NCBI RefSeq assembly: GCF_009914755.1
Contig: NC_060927.1
DNA: 64,000 nt
Origin: the human T2T-CHM13v2.0 reference genome, Homo sapiens
Reading direction: 5' to 3' (one strand)
Shown: one piece after another, positions 1 through 17,517 of the stretch
Position numbering within the stretch: the stretch's first letter is position 1
How the letters are laid out: every line of letters begins with the position of its first letter
Notes under the pieces: model-generated
What the model saw: the letters and a program-made list of their open reading frames with translations, nothing else
The model's database searches: none
Told to the model about the DNA's origin: nothing
Made by a program: the position numbers and the translations under genes

Positions 1-1303
1 GTTAGCATTATTTTCAAAAATTGGGAGCATATTACGTATTCCATTTTGAAACATCAACAAACACACAACTATAGCATCACTTTTAGTAATGGCATTTTGT
101 TCCACTATAACTATTCATATGATTTATTTTTTTTTAATGTTGTATACTGGCAGCCCATGTCTCAGAGCCCACAAATGCATCTGGTTTTTCCTACACATAA
201 TTTTAAAACTTGACAAATTACCTTACAAAAAATGGGCTTGCAGTATCTTTCGATGAATCAAAAACTCTAGCAACATCTCCAGGTAGCAATCACCTGCTAG
301 ACCTGCCTGCACAGTTTGCCTCACCTCCTACTTGCCACCATCTCTTTTGTCCCACACGCAGCCTACTTAACTAATTTCGATTACCTTTCATTTGATTCAT
401 TACCTTTGGTTAAATAATTCCCTGTTTTGGAGAATTTTTCACTATTACAAAAGCCTTATGATGAATAGCCATTTGTATACATTTATCTTTGCATGTTCTT
501 CTGATTTGTTTTTCTCCTTACAATAAGTTCTTAGGAGTGTCATTGGAGGTTCAAACAGTATTTTAAGTCTTTTGATTCATATCATAAGATTTCTATCCAA
601 ATGCGTTAATATTTGTATGCTCCTCCCATCAGAGCCTGTGAGCATTTATTGGCACCTGCTAGCCCTCCTCCCTCTTGTCCTTGTGAGCTGTGCTAATTCA
701 ACTTATGTTTTATTGATCTAGAAAAAATGTTTTAAGTGATAATACTCATTGTTGGCAAGTGTGTAGCAGAGACAGAATATACTACGCTTGCATAAGTCAG
801 TACTTCTCTGGCAGATTGCGTGCATTATACATATTTACATGCCTCACCTCCATTAGATTATATTTTCCAAAACATTGTTAGGGGTAGAATTTTCAGCCCA
901 TTCATTTTTTATTAATAATAACACAAAACTATGCCACAAATTTTGTGCCTGCACTTCTGTTTCATTAATCTTTTCATATAACTGAGAAAAGTTAATGAAA
1001 AAGGATAAGCTGAGCATATTTTACCATTTTAATCCCTTAACTTAAATCATATTGTGAAGGAAAATGTCACCAAAAACCTCTTCAACTGTTTATCTAAAAA
1101 TCCAGTTTACACATTTTTGTCCTTTGAGGGAATAATTACTAATTCTGCGGGTCGCGCTGATGTCTACATATCCTAAGCTATTGAAATAGCCTGGCAATAG
1201 GAGAGAAGCTAGTGAAGGAAAAGGGTTGTAACCATTAGATTCTGACGTCTTAATATAATTTATGGGAAGCCCATAATTAAGCCCAATTCTGAATTGTCGC
1301 TTC

Positions 1304-3420
<2,117 letters not shown>

Positions 3421-6084
3421 AATTGTCACTTCCGAGGGACTAGGAGCCCAGAGATATTTTAATGTTTAATTTCACTTCTCATACTCACCTAGACTTATAG
3501 ATGGTGCTCAATATGCATTTGTTGAATCTAATAAATTAGATTAGAAACCAGTTCTCTTAAAAGTGAAAACTTTTCTTGTATTTTACCCAAATTTCCCCTC
3601 AATGACATTTGGGTCTATACCTGCTCATGTGTCCAATCAATTCAGAATCTCATTATTCAAGAAAAGACCTCAGTTTTGTACTGTCAAAAGAAAAGATGTG
3701 TTTGAGATAATGTTCTTCAGTTTAAAAAAATTAAAGTTGTTAATAATTAATGTGTTCAAATCATTTTATCAGATATATGTGTATACGATATGATAGCATA
3801 TAGTATATATATGTATATATATGCATTATCACTTAGGATATGTAGCTGCAGTATATTTTTAGCTTTGGAAGACAGGGCTACTTGTAAGAAATTGTGAGAA
3901 TTAACAAACAAATGGCTCAAAATATCATACACATATGAAAATTCCTAAAGGGAGAAAACTCTCCATTGGCAAAATATGTCTTGGGGAAATTATGGTTTTT
4001 TTCTTCCCCTGTAAAATCTTTGAAGCCATGGAAAATTCCAAACAACAGGTGAGAAAACTAAAAAGTAGCCACTTTACTACCATAAGAAGATATTGATGAA
4101 AGGTAGTAACGTCAGCATACACTTCAACATTATCAGCAAGGAAACTTTTTTCCCAAGAAATAATAGAAATAGAGATGAAGAAGGGTTATGTTATAAATCA
4201 TATTTTGAATTGTGAATTTTTTCAGGTGACTAGACTGAAGGGTAGAAGATGCTAAGCCATTTGCCATTTAATCCATTTCATTTAAAGGATCACTAGCTAT
4301 ATTTAATGACATCCAAAAATAAACTCTTCAGATGCTGAAATACTAGGCTGGGAAGGCAGGCAGGGGAAGCAGGAAGGTTATTCTGGCTTTATTTCATTTT
4401 CTTGAAGGGCAAAGGCGGCTTCTCATTCATAAGAAGAAACTGACCTCAAACTGACAGAAGGTACAAAAAAAAAAAACAACTATACCAGGTCTATGGAACT
4501 AGAGTTGACAATTGATACCTATCCACAATAGCAGCAAATTATTTCCTTCTACAGAAATTCAAGACAGAATCCCCACCTCTAATGAAGTTGGAAATTGTAA
4601 TGGTTATTAATTCGTCTAACTAATGTGAAATTGTATATAGCAAAGTACAAGCAGGGCAAGTACTTGATTTCAAGCAAACGGTTCTTAGTGATTGCATAAT
4701 ACACACTTCAAAGGACCTGAGACTCAACAGGATTTATTTCATTGAACACTTTCAACACCTATTGTAATTCAGCCTTTTTATTCAACAGTAGCTCAAGCAC
4801 GTTAACATTGTCAAACTGCATAAAAACATTAAGTTCCGAAACTTTCTCCTTGTATTTTTTTATCTTGAATTCACATATGATTATCTTTTTTTTCTTTTTG
4901 ATTTCAGGTACAAAAATGTCCACATAGATATACCTGTCAAAAATCTACGGTTAGTAATTAGGTAGCTACTACACAGTTGGATGGTTTAGCTAGAATCAGT
5001 ATATGATATTTTTAAAACAATTTTTTAATGAGATATGGCTGTCTCTCTTACAACACTCTGAATATATCCTATTGCATTTTCTCCTTTCTAGAGCCCCTGT
5101 ATTCTATCTACTGAAATCTCTGGCTTACTCATGTGGAATGCATTCAGCCTTATTGAGGTGGTAGCTGAATGTCAGAATCAGTAATTATCAGTGGGACACA
5201 AGATGGAGACATGACCTGCCAAAGAACATCATATTGTATCACTTATAGTACTTTGTCAAGTTGCAAATATAGAGGATCCTCACTGGAGGTTTGGCATTGA
5301 TCCCCGTGGCAAGGGTGGATGGGAGCGAACAGCACATCTTGCAGGTTGAAAATTAATTCCACTGCGAATATGTGTCAATCCTTAGAAGTGTTGGTATCAA
5401 AAAAATGTTGAGAACTACTCTTCTAAATCCCACCCAACCACCCAGAGATATGCTTACAGCTTTGTTTCTCTTCAAGCACCTGGCATATAAGTGCTTAGAA
5501 ACTACTGTTAAATAAACAAGTAAGTCAATGCATAAATAATTGAAAGTTTTCACATAATCTGAAAGTTTAAACATTTGCTTTACAGTCTAAAATTCCTGAA
5601 GTCATCATTGTGGAACAGATGATTTCACAATAAACACTGATCCTAAACAAAATAACATGAGATCTCTATCAGTGAAATAGTAAAATGAACATTAACTATT
5701 CGAAGGCTTAACTAAATGAGGACTCAATTTATTCAGACATCCTAACCTTGTTCCCCCAATAGCCATATCTCCCCTCTCCAAGAGGCCGCATTTGTGTACC
5801 TTCTCAAGCCATCATTTCTTTGATGGACCCATACTTGCTCTGGAAAAATCAGGAGCTTCAGGAAGGGTGGAAAGGATAACGATCTTTCTACTATCCATGC
5901 TCCCTCTATCAGCCAAGAGTTCCATTCACTTCCTCAGCCCTAATTTCAGACTTTAGTTAAACTGATTAGTGAGAAGTCAGCATGAGTAAAGGAATAAGTA
6001 GTTCCCCATGGCTGAGACAGCTAGCTGATCCTCAAACTTGGTGCTCCTCCCTTCCATAATATAAGTGGTTATTGAAAAGTTACT

Positions 6085-6450
6085 GTCAGTTAGGGTCTAC
6101 GTTTCCTGACTTTTCTTGCATTTAAGAATGGTCGATGTGACTAGTTCTTGCCGGTGGACTATCAACAGAAGTGAGATGTGTTGCTCCTGTGCTAATAGAG
6201 TTTAAACAGAAGAGCCTTCTCCTCACCCCCGCTCTCCTCTTTTGCCAGCTGAATACCAGGGAGACAAAGTCTTAGAGAATAACGGAACCACAAAGTGGAA
6301 GAAATCTGGATCCTTGAGTCACTACATGGTGTAGAAGACTGGCACTCACCAGTCAGGAACACTACCACTGGTCTTTTACATGAATAAGAAATAAATTTGT
6401 GTTCTGTTAAGTCACTGAAATTTGAGGATGTATTTATGATAGTAGCAACA
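6085..6450 (+). mobile_element. MaLR LTR relic (MLT1-type)
   Basis: MLT1-like motifs (tgtgactagttct..., aataaatttgtgttctgttaagtcactgaaatttgagg); boundaries approximate. Confidence 0.65.
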
Positions 6451-7670
6451 ATTACACTAATGAGTACATTTCTCCACCTATTTACTTGATGCTCCAGTAA
6501 TAACAACCTACGTGCAATTTCCCGGCTCCACCAGGCAGTTTCATGCCTTCATGTGTTTGCACATGCTGATCCTTCATAATTCTTAATTTTCTCTACCTAT
6601 TTTCTCTCCTTTCTGGCACTTTTTCCTTCACTGACTCTTACTAATCCTTAAAAACTCAGCTCCTAGGCTTCTGTGAAGCATTACTCTGCCAACAGGCTCC
6701 ATTCCTGCCATGTACTTTCCTAGTCTGTACATAATTCCACTTTTGCATATGTCACAATATTTTAGGATTCTCGGTTTATAAATATGTCAACCTTACAACA
6801 TACACATTTGTCATATTTCTACCCTGTAAAGCTTCCAACAGAGTGGTGATACATAAAAGATGATTTATGACTGTATGCTAGGTTCCTATCTCATTAGGAT
6901 TTTATTTTAAATTAATCTGATCCATGGAGGATTAGAAACTAAGAGTCTGTTAGCCGTTGGAAGATGGTGACAGCAATGAAAGAGAGGAATCCTGGTGTGT
7001 GCTGCTAATTACTCTAGAATAACAGCAATGCAAGCTTGCAAATAAAGCAAGGAAAACACGTGCACTTCTATAGGTTAACAATTTCGGCAGAAGTTCAAAG
7101 GAAACAGAGATCCTGATGTAGGGGACGAGCCCAATTTTAAGTTTCAACATTTCAACATAAGACTTTGGTTCAACATATGGCTCAACATAAGACCTTTATT
7201 GCATGTAGTATTTATATTTTAATATAAATGAATTTTGTTTTAAAGGACATGGTCTATTGTTTTTCAGAAATTTGGGAAGATTAAATGAGTTAATAGACAC
7301 TGGCACATAATGAGTATTGAATAAATGTTGGATAAATGCACTTATAAAATGATGTTCATGACCAAAACGATAAGTATTTTTTTAAACTGAATCTATGTGG
7401 TTTTGTATCATAAGTGCTGACCCAGGTTTTTCATCCTTTATTCCTTTATTTTTTTTAATACTGTACTTTATGCCAAATATTCCTGTCTTGAGGCAGGCTT
7501 GGAGGCTGGTATGGTACGTGGGAGTAGAAGATGAGATTCTGTGGGTAGAATCATAAGGTTTTAGGAGGTGAGGGAGCTCATTTACAAACTTCTCTGGGCC
7601 TTTCATTTGGTGCAAATTTGAGACAGGTTGTTTTTCAACTTAGAAAAAGAATCGCTCATTGAATTTTTCT

Positions 7671-7760
7671 TTTAAAATTATATTTTATTATATTTAAAAT
7701 ATATATTATATAAAATATATATTATATTTTATTATATTATATTTAAAATTATATTTTATT
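7671..7760. repeat. Pure A/T low-complexity tract
   Basis: About 90 bp of only A/T, bounded by the direct repeat tttaaaattatattttatt. Confidence 0.85.
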
Positions 7761-10309
7761 CTGCCTACTGGTTTTACACTGGTCCCCATAAAATGTACAT
7801 TATAAAAAATACAAACCTCATTTGATAAGCCTATTACCTGATGTTCATGGCTGCTAGCTTTATTCTATTGAATTCAAATTTGCCTGTGGCAGTGCTTTGT
7901 ATCTAATTTGTGACTTTCACAAGGTGAGCCTTGCATCATTTTCCTTTGCCTCTGCTTCCATTTATCTAAATGAAAACAGTTTCTCTTAATGCATAGGTTT
8001 GCTTGATAAGCCATTAATACCACAGCTGGGCCTTGAAATGCTCATAAAAAGAAGCATCAAAATAAATATTTATTGTTGTTTCACCCAGACATACAAACCT
8101 TGGATATCTTTAATACGGCTGGCTACTTGGTTTCTAGTTTAATACAGCTTATTTACTTGATTTCATTTTCTCAAATAATTGCTATTTCTCTGAAGGTTAT
8201 TTGAGGGGAAGAGGTGGTTGAAGGAGTGGAATGAATATTGAAATATGTGAGATGGAGGCTGATGGTACATTTAAGTTGATTAGAAGAAGACTGAAATGAA
8301 ATGAGGGCCAAATGTTTTGCGTGTAAATTCATGAACTTGTACAGAATTTATCAAACTTAGAAAAATATCTGTTAAACACAGCATTTCATAAACACAGCTT
8401 AGGAAAAAACAAACAGAGCTCTTAGCTTACTAAATTTCACAGAGAATAATTCTCAAAGGGAAAAACAAATCATGAGGAGGCTTGTGGTATTTTCTTTAGC
8501 TTCTATATCTTTTATGATTGGTGCTCAGTATATTTTAAGTCATATTTATATTCCAAATGCCTCTATCATGTGATGAGCAATATTTGCACAGCTTCAAAAA
8601 TAATCCTTAAGAGCTATTTAAAACATAAATGTCATTAAACAACATGCAATAAAGTTTAAAATTCCTCTCTTGTTGGCAGAACCCTGTGAAGGGCACTTAA
8701 CTAGGCATATGGTCCCTGAGGGTCCAGAGCTCATGATGTGATGGAAAAAGACATAAGTCCTCATGTTAGGGACACAATGGAGGGAAGTCCACCCACTGTG
8801 GACATCAGGGAAGCCTTCGTGGATGATATGGTAACTGAATTGGGTTTAAAGAATGTAGGCATTTATAGGAATTAATGAGCAAAAAGAGGCATAAGGAAAA
8901 GGATCCGGCAGAGGGAAAAACATTAACATGAGCATTTCTCAGGTGCGACAGAGCATAATGTGCAAGGAATATTACAGCTCTTTCTATATTACTGAACATT
9001 TTTTAACACCCTATTCTTGCTATCATTTAAAGAAATTATTTTAGGAATTACATATTTTTAAGTATTAATTCTTTAGCTAAAGTTTTATTTAGCTAAACCA
9101 TGATTTTTTTAATACATGTAAGTTTAAGGATGAAAACATGAAATGTCCCTTGTTTCAAAAGGCAACTTACTACCTCTATACATGCTTATTTGTATTTGTT
9201 ACATAAATACTAATGAGGTATCTAATCAATTGTAAAATCTATAAAAGAAAAAGGAACACAGTTGAAAAATATCAGGTTTCTTTTTTACAAATTGATCATA
9301 AAAGCTAAGAAAACTTTTTTCCTTGGAAGCATTTTGCTTGGCCTTTTGTAATTAAGAGAGTACTTTAGGTGAGACAAGAATCTTTATTTAAGAGAGTGAT
9401 GTCTTTAAAGAAAGTTATTTGAAGAGACTGTAAATAAAAGTAAATTTAGTCTATTTAATCTTAGATTTAAGAAATCCCTGGTGCATCATTTGAGCCAAAT
9501 GAAAATTACCTCCTATAGATTCCTCTAGATATTTCTCTGGAAATAGCATCTCCTAGGAACCAAAAAAGATATGACTAATATTGGGGAAGCATATCCATAA
9601 TCTTTAGAGAATATGTAGTTTATATTTCCATGGAGTTTTGCTTTCTGATTATATAATATTTACTTGATAACAGAAGAAGTTTATCCTCTATTTCTTCATT
9701 TTTAATCCATTGAATTTCAGGAGTTACATGCATTTGGCATTTATTCCAATTCCTTAAAAGTGATTATATGTTTCTCTTCTAATTGGAGCCTCTTAAATTG
9801 AAGGAGTAAATAATTTACATTTTATCAGAAAAGTTGAATCTGCAGAGGATTCTAGTTTTATAGGTGGAATACAATGCTAGAAACAGCATTGATCTCATAC
9901 AAGCACTTCTAAAATCTCATTTCTCTGGCCATAAAAATGTTGGGTGAGTTCAAAAATGTACAGAAAATTATTTTATAATGAACTGTAATTGGCAGTATAT
10001 TTAACAAACTTCAGTAAACTTGCCATATATATAGATATTGATTCCATAATTGAGTTGTGATCTCCTTGAGGGCAAGAACTACTGGTCTCATACCACCTCA
10101 GAAAACTGAGTTTTCCTCTAGAAAAATCCATATTTCCAGTTTTTGTATTTGTCAGCACATGCTGGTTACTGTCCATTTTTTTTTAACTTGGAAAACAACA
10201 TTTAGAGCATTAGCATTAATTAGATGATTAATACATATATTTGCAAATTCTCAAACATAGAACCTGTTTATTAAAAGAGAAGCTAAGATATTCCAGAAGA
10301 AAGGACCCT

Positions 10310-11170
10310 GCAATGCCATGACAAATGTATGTAACAGTGATTCTCTAAGTTCTCCCCCAAAGGAACTTATAGCCATTTACTCAGGCAAACTTACATGAAG
10401 GAAAGGGGAGTACACTGTTGGATATGGGGCACCAGTTAATGCTAACTCAGGCACCTAAAACACTATTATGGTCCCTCTGTTAAAGCAGAGATATATATGT
10501 GTCAAGTAGCAATTAGGTTTCTAGCTCATGTCTACCTCACAGACAGCCCTAGGATTCATCTTGTGATCATTTCCTCACTTTTCAAATAAATAGTTGTAAT
10601 GGATATACTAAGCATTGGTAGAGTCCTCACTCTGATGCTTTGATAAATAAAATAAGAGTTATTATAGTAAGGTACAGCAAGTGGAAGCCTCTGAGACTAC
10701 CTTTCTACTCCACCAACATAATTAATCAAAAACAACATTGCAATTCAGAAGAATGGCAGAGATTAGTATCAACTTCAAGGATTTAAAAGATACAGGGATT
10801 GCATTTCCCATATCACCATTTAATTCACCCATTTGGTTTTGAGAAAAGTAGATATTTTGTGACAAATGACAGTGGACTACCATAAACCTAACCAAATAGT
10901 AACTTCAAACACAGCCTCAGGTACATGATATCTAGCTACTGATATGGCAAATGCATTTTTCCACAGCTGTTGGAGAAGAGAATTAGAAGTAATTTGCATT
11001 CGTTTGGAATGGACAGCAGTGCAAATTCATGGTTTTGCCCTAGATATATGTTAATTATCCTGCTCTCTGTCATAATATAGTCCAAAGGGACTTGTTTGAT
11101 TGAATCATCCTGCAGAATATCACTTTGATCCACTATATTAATGAATCATGTTAATCAGACCTAATAGGCA
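10310..11170 (+). mobile_element. Degenerate ERVL-class internal segment (protease/reverse transcriptase)
   Basis: Decayed RT motifs readable: SPFNSPIW, MTVDYHK.NQ, DMANAFF, FAFVWNGQQ.KF.VLP, PALCHNIVQRDL, ITLIHYI. Confidence 0.85.
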
Positions 11171-12289
11171 ATACACCAGCTCGATAGGTGTATAAGCAAC
11201 CATGCTGTTTTGCCACCTTTATAAAGAAGGCATATATAAAGCACAGGCATGAAGTTCAACAAAGAAGTTCCGACCCTTTGACTAGGCTCACAATCTGGTT
11301 GCCAACCATCTCACTTGCCTTATATCCTCCACATGACCTCCACCTGAGTATTACCACACACCATTTTCCTTATGCAATGCATTTGTCCTTCTTCTCCACT
11401 GAGTGACCTAGGACAATAATGGAATGCCCACATCCCTTGTCTCTTATGGTCTGAGTTACAAAGTTATTTGTGGGCAAGAGATTGGTGTTTCAGAAAACTT
11501 TTCATTCCCATATAGTCTACATCCAATCAACAGAACTGGCAGTACAGCTCCTCCACAACTCATCCTCATTTCAGACAACTCGGGAAGAAACTCTCAGGCA
11601 AACACTTCATTTATCCCTGCCCATCCAGAGGTACTCACTCCTCTTGTCTAAGTTTTAATACCAGCTTCACATGCCTACCCTTCCTTCCCATCATCTCTGA
11701 CTCACACATGTTCAATTCCTCCACCCTGGAATTAGAAGTGCTCAGGGGAGAAAATTACTCCTCTCTCAATGCCCATGTTTTTTTTTTAATTCATAGGATT
11801 TATCTCTAGTGCACTATTAATCTAAAAAGTTGATTTGCCTTTCTAAGAAATAACACACATAGTTGAAATTCATTCTTACAAATGAAAAGGCCTGGCATTA
11901 GCTACTTTGTCTTTCATGTAACTTGCTTTATCTTCCACAGCATTCTCAAGTAAAAAGTGCAAATCTTAGTACAAAACTTAAAACACTTTAGTCGCTAGAT
12001 ATAAGAGCAGCAATTAACAGGGACCAGCTTGATCCCCTCTACCAAGAGTTTCTAGGAAACACGGTTAATCACAGGAGCAGCTGACTTCTCCTGAGAAGCT
12101 TGGTCCTTCTCCCCTCTCACCAGACAGCAGGAGACTGCTTGGAATACTTGTATGGGAAAGTATGATCAGCGAAAGCCTTTATATCTTACATCTTTCCTAT
12201 GCTAATCCCCACGCTTCTCTGGACTTACACCTCCTCATCTACACCCCTACAGATTTACTCTTCCTCTCAGATCTCTCCGCTGTGCCCTC

Positions 12290-12980
12290 TGGAACCTCTG
12301 TGGAATCCACATTAAATAAATTTTCCCGTGTCCTCAGCATCTTGCATCTTGACTGAATATTTCTCATGTTCTCATGTGGAAACTGGATTTTCTCATGGTA
12401 CACCTCGTTCCCTGTCTTCCCAGGGGAGATAGTGTCAGATCACTTCCCAGTGCCACTTCAAGACCTCTGCATCCCTCTAACTTGTGTAGCAAGCATCTGC
12501 CTCTTTGAAGTTTTCACTCTCTTGTCAATATCCCCCACATTGCCATTTCTCTTGGAAAACAGCAGTACATTCTCATTGCATTTCCTCTCTACCTCAAGAT
12601 CTGATATCATCCTGGGGGATATCAACACCCACCCAAACTGTCCAACACCCTGACCTCCCTCCTTGGTCTTCTCATTGTCAGGGATGCATATGTCAGTTCA
12701 CTTTCAGCCACCCCTGGACTCTAAATATGCACCTCCAAAAATTAAATTCGAGTGTCCCACATTGTCACCACAGCCTTGTCTCTTGCCAGCTTTCTGCTGC
12801 AATTACTTCTTTTTCTGTTCCTTAAACTTCTGGGTCCTCCAGTGCCACACCCCTCCACTTCATTCCGAGCTACCAATCCCTCCTAACTTCATCATTCCCT
12901 CTCAAGATTACCATCAATATTTCAGCTCTTCTGTAATCACTTGCCAATATTCTCAAGTCTTTTGAACATTCTCTTTCCGT
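12290..12980 (+). mobile_element. L2/CR1-clade LINE relic covering the AP-endonuclease domain
   Basis: ORF 12366..12653 contains IILGDINTH, matching the APE motif IILGDFN.H; pyrimidine-rich L2-like composition. Confidence 0.6.
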
Positions 12981-13774
12981 AACATCTATGGAGCAAAAAA
13001 TGAACTTTGTTTTTACTATTTAATTCCAATATTTAATTTGGGATATAACATGGCATGTTAATCTTATGTGTTATTTTTTAATCTGCTAAGAGTTGATATT
13101 TTATTAATTTTTAGGTTATTTTACCTATTTATTATGTGTTAGAATTTTCTTAGCCCTATTTGATGTAAAATATGATGGGATACTTGAAAATGTGGTGTAG
13201 AGAAGAAGTCTTGCTGGGATGTCAGACAAGTACGATAGTTCATAGCCAGACTGCAAGTCTGGCTGAGGATTCTGAGCTATGTACTTCCCTTGCTCTCAAC
13301 ATGTGGGAAAGTAGCAGATTTTTAACTATACATTCATAATCTTTTATAAATGAAGCAGGAAAATGCAAGGATTGGGTGGGAGTCAGCTGCACGGGAAGTT
13401 TTCTGCATTGTTTCCCTACACTCACTCCTGCGAAGCCTTCATGATAGATGCGCCCATTTAGGGCCACCCCAAATGTTGATGTGGATTGCACCCTACAAAA
13501 TGGCACCTGGCAAGGGAGTGAGAAGGGGCTTACATTGAGTGTGCATTTTGTGCTCACTAAGCTGTGTGCTCTGGCTTAGAGGAAGAAAGTTTTTCTAATA
13601 CCTGCAAAAGCATAATGTAAACTACAAGCACTTCTTTCCCATGCTCTCTAATTCTGAACCTCTAATTCAAACGTATTTAAGCCAAACTGATCCAGTTAAA
13701 TCACCTGCTGACTTCCTTTTCTTTTCCCCTTCCTCTACCCCTTCCATTCCAGAAGAAAACTACCAAGAGAGGCA

Positions 13775-13990
13775 ACCATATGTAGTGTCTGGAGTCAAGC
13801 CTCTGAATTTTATCCCAGATCAACTACCTAAAGACTAGGACCTTGGGTAAATTATTTGACCACTCTGAGCTTCAGCTTTCTTGTCTGTAAAATGGGTGGG
13901 TAATAAGTTTTTTGTAAAGATTAAATAAGATAAAGGTAGTGAAACATCCAGGACAGTGCCTAGCATATAGCAGGTACCTATTAAATACGT
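13775..13990 (+). mobile_element. MIR SINE
   Basis: MIR core: ccttgggtaaattatttgaccactctgagcttcagctttcttgtctgtaaaatgg. Confidence 0.8.
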
Positions 13991-14758
13991 ACAGACAGAT
14001 AGTAGGCAAGATGGATGGATGGATAGTTGGATGGATGAAGGAAAACAAAGAGTTTGGGTATCTTCAGCCACTCTTTTCCTTTATGAAGTGACACATGATT
14101 TACATGACTGGAGTGATGGCACTGTAGCAGAGAATCCTAAGAAACCAACAAAGGAGAAATTTTTAATAAATGGCCTTTATTTCTGGATTTTTTTCTATTT
14201 ATTTTGCCTGATGACAGCAGGGCTTTATTACTGCAGAACAAGGAATGATTTGTATACTGGAGAATTTTCCATCATTTAAATCTCTGAAACTTTACACATA
14301 AACTCAAAGACCTTATGCATGTTATGAATAAATTAAGCAAATTACTAGCATTATAGGTGGCTTAATTTTACTGATAACTTATTTACACTGATAGCCTAGT
14401 TCTAAGAAAACACCACTTATCCAGTTTCCAAATATATATTGCAAGTACACGGAGAGAATAAATGGCACGAATTAGTTTCAAGCAGAACATATCAAAAATA
14501 CAAAAATGTGTTAAGTAATTAAAAAAAAAAGAAACTCCATATTTCACTGATGGCCATATTAACACTCTTATTTCTGTAAAGAAGTTTTGCAATTGTTTTG
14601 TCATCAAATTTTAAGTGCTAACCAGGTATACATGATTAAATAGTAAATTTAAACACAGCAAAGCAAGGTGACAGGATGACTTAGGAAAAAATTGAGTTAA
14701 CTATAAAATAATTATTGCCACATTCAGATGCTACACTTTACTAGTCTCTCCTTCCCTA

Positions 14759-14759
<1 letters not shown>

Positions 14760-14789
<30 letters not shown>
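14760..14789. repeat. (CA)n microsatellite
   Basis: About 15 CA units. Confidence 0.95.
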
Positions 14790-14791
<2 letters not shown>

Positions 14792-16115
14792 CAGATACAC
14801 ATGCACATACTCATGCACATGCCCACACTTGAGGAATGAAAGAAAAAAATTACTGAAACACAGATTCCACTTTCTAAAATAATATACTGATATTATTATT
14901 TAAAATATGTTATCAGAGAAAAGAGAGTGAGTCCATTTCTACCAATGGCAGGCAGGTGTTTATTTAGTAAAAGCAGTCAAAACAAGGCAATGTGTTAAAA
15001 GTCCACAAAAAGCTATTAAACATATAAAAAGTAGACTAAGTGTTTTTAAGAACCCTAAAATATTACAAGTAGAATTGAATCTCTCTTTTTAAAAAAACCG
15101 ACAGGTCAATCACATTAAGATAGTAAAAAAGTCTCACAAGCAAAGATATCATTTCACAAGTAGTTATTGAGTGTACATTACCACCATCATGTGTCAGATA
15201 CAGTTCTATATGCTGGGAACACATCAATGAGCAAACAAGTAAAATTCTTGCCATGAAGCTTATATTCTAGTAAAAGAAAATGTTTATCTGTTGCCTGGCT
15301 AACTCCTAAGCATTATGAAAAAACAAACAAACAAACAAAAACACTGTATAACTCTGTTACAAAACTTTTGTTCCAACATTTTTTAAAGTTTCAAAAGGGG
15401 AAAAGGAATTTCTTTAAGAAACAAGCATAAATTGAAGTTTCTTAGAGACTTATAGAAAAATTGGGGAATTTATGTACTAATTTTATCTTACAGCAAAAAA
15501 AAAGAGACAACTTAGAAAGATCATTCCCAAAAACGACTTTCTGATTCCTTAGCCAAGCCAAGCTGTGCCTCATTTCTATGTAATCCCATCCATCTATTTA
15601 TGTACCTTCAAACAAAAATTACTTATTGAACTCATACTATGTCCAAGGAATATTACTTGCCAAAAAGCCTAGTATCTTGTGTGGGAACCAGAAAAATAGC
15701 TGGATATTTAAAGTACAATATGAAATGTTCCACAAGAAAGGCATAAAGATCCTGGCCAATCTTAAACAATCAAAGAAAATCAACAAGGGATTCCTGAGCT
15801 GGGTATTAAAATTGATTAGGAGGTGAGAGCATGTGATAAATTGTTAATAATTATAGATATGGCTGGGCCTTAGGATGTTTTCATGGGAGTGGAGAGAGCT
15901 GCAGCTGAGAAGTTCACAGAGGATTAAGTTATGTTATCTCCCTATTCCCTGCTGAGGATATTAGAGTTAACCCTGAAGTCTCTCAGGAAATGTTAAAGTA
16001 GAAAAGTCCCATGAAAAGGTTTACGTTGTAGAAAGCTCCATTTGGGGTAGTGCAGAGAACAGATCTTCATCCGCTCTAGGAATTTAATTTGAGGGAACGA
16101 TGGTAGCTCCAGAGC

Positions 16116-16571
16116 TGTATTCATTTCCTAGGGCTGCCATAACAAATTACCACAAACTAGGTGGCTTAAAGTAACAGAAATTTATTATCTCTCCATTCTG
16201 GATGGTAGAAGCCCAAAGTCAATTATCAGTGCTATGCTCTCTATAAATGCTCTAGGAGAAAATCTTTTTGCCTCTTCCTAGCTTGTGGTGGTTGCCAACA
16301 ATCTTTGGCTTTCCTTGGTTTGCAGATGCATGATTCCAATCTCTGCCTCCTCTTCATACGGCATTCTTCCCATGTATTTCCATCTTCATTTGGCATTCTC
16401 CTACCTACATCTGTGTTCAAATTTCTCTCTTATAAGCCATTGGATTAAGGTACACCCTAATCTAGTATAATTAACTTGATTACATCTACAAAGGTCCTAT
16501 TTCCATATAAGGCTATATTCTGAGGTTCTAGGTGAGTATGAATTTGGTAGGGACATAATTCCATCCTGTAC
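16116..16571 (-). mobile_element. MaLR solo LTR (MLT1A-D type)
   Basis: tgtattcatttcctagggctgccataacaaattaccacaaac... to ...tgtaca termini. Confidence 0.8.
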
Positions 16572-16699
16572 AGGAGCTATTGTGATAGCCTAGTCAGAAG
16601 ATGAGAATGGAATAAAACTGAGATAGTGACAGGTTAAACAAATTAACTCAAAATAATTTGAAAAAGTGTAATCAATTGGGTTTAAGGACTTACTGGATA

Positions 16700-17181
16700 T
16701 GTAGCATAGCAACTAGTTGCACTGATGGCTCCAATTATTGGTCGTCCTATACCCACTCCCTTTGACCTATAATTTTATTGGTTTATTTTCCCCTGATATA
16801 GATCATGCAGCTTCCTTTGGCCAATAGGGCTTTAGAAGGTTTGGCATAAGCAGAGACTTTTAAAGACTTTGTAATGTTTCCATTTCCTCTTCTGGAACCC
16901 TGCCACCTCCATGAGAGTAAGCCCACACTAGCCTGCTGGAGGATGAGAGAGCACACACAAAACAGAGCCTGCTTTTCCCATCTGAAACTATCCCAGACCA
17001 ACTTATAGCAAACCAATCTACAAACGTCTAAGAGAGCCCAGCTAAGATCAGCTGACCCAAAGCTGACAGATGTTTGAATGACCTCAGCCACAATCAGAAG
17101 TACCTCCCAACTGATGCATACACTCATGAAAAATAAATGCTTAATGGGATAGTTTGTCACGCAGCAATAGACAATTGACAC
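16700..17181 (+). mobile_element. MaLR LTR (MLT1F/G/H type)
   Basis: Ends aataaatg...gtttgtcacgcagcaatagacaattgacaca, a typical MLT1 3' end. Confidence 0.7.
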
Positions 17182-17276
17182 ATGAAGAATAAGGGAGGAG
17201 AAATAATCAAAGATAACTTCCACTGGTTTGCAGAACTAGGTAAATAGCAAAAACATAAGAGAAAAAGTAGAAACCC

Positions 17277-17517
<241 letters not shown>

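Noticed and set aside
960-1000. AT-rich imperfect hairpin (also 54643-54667)
   Set aside because: Short and AT-rich; plausible by chance or local slippage, with no supporting context
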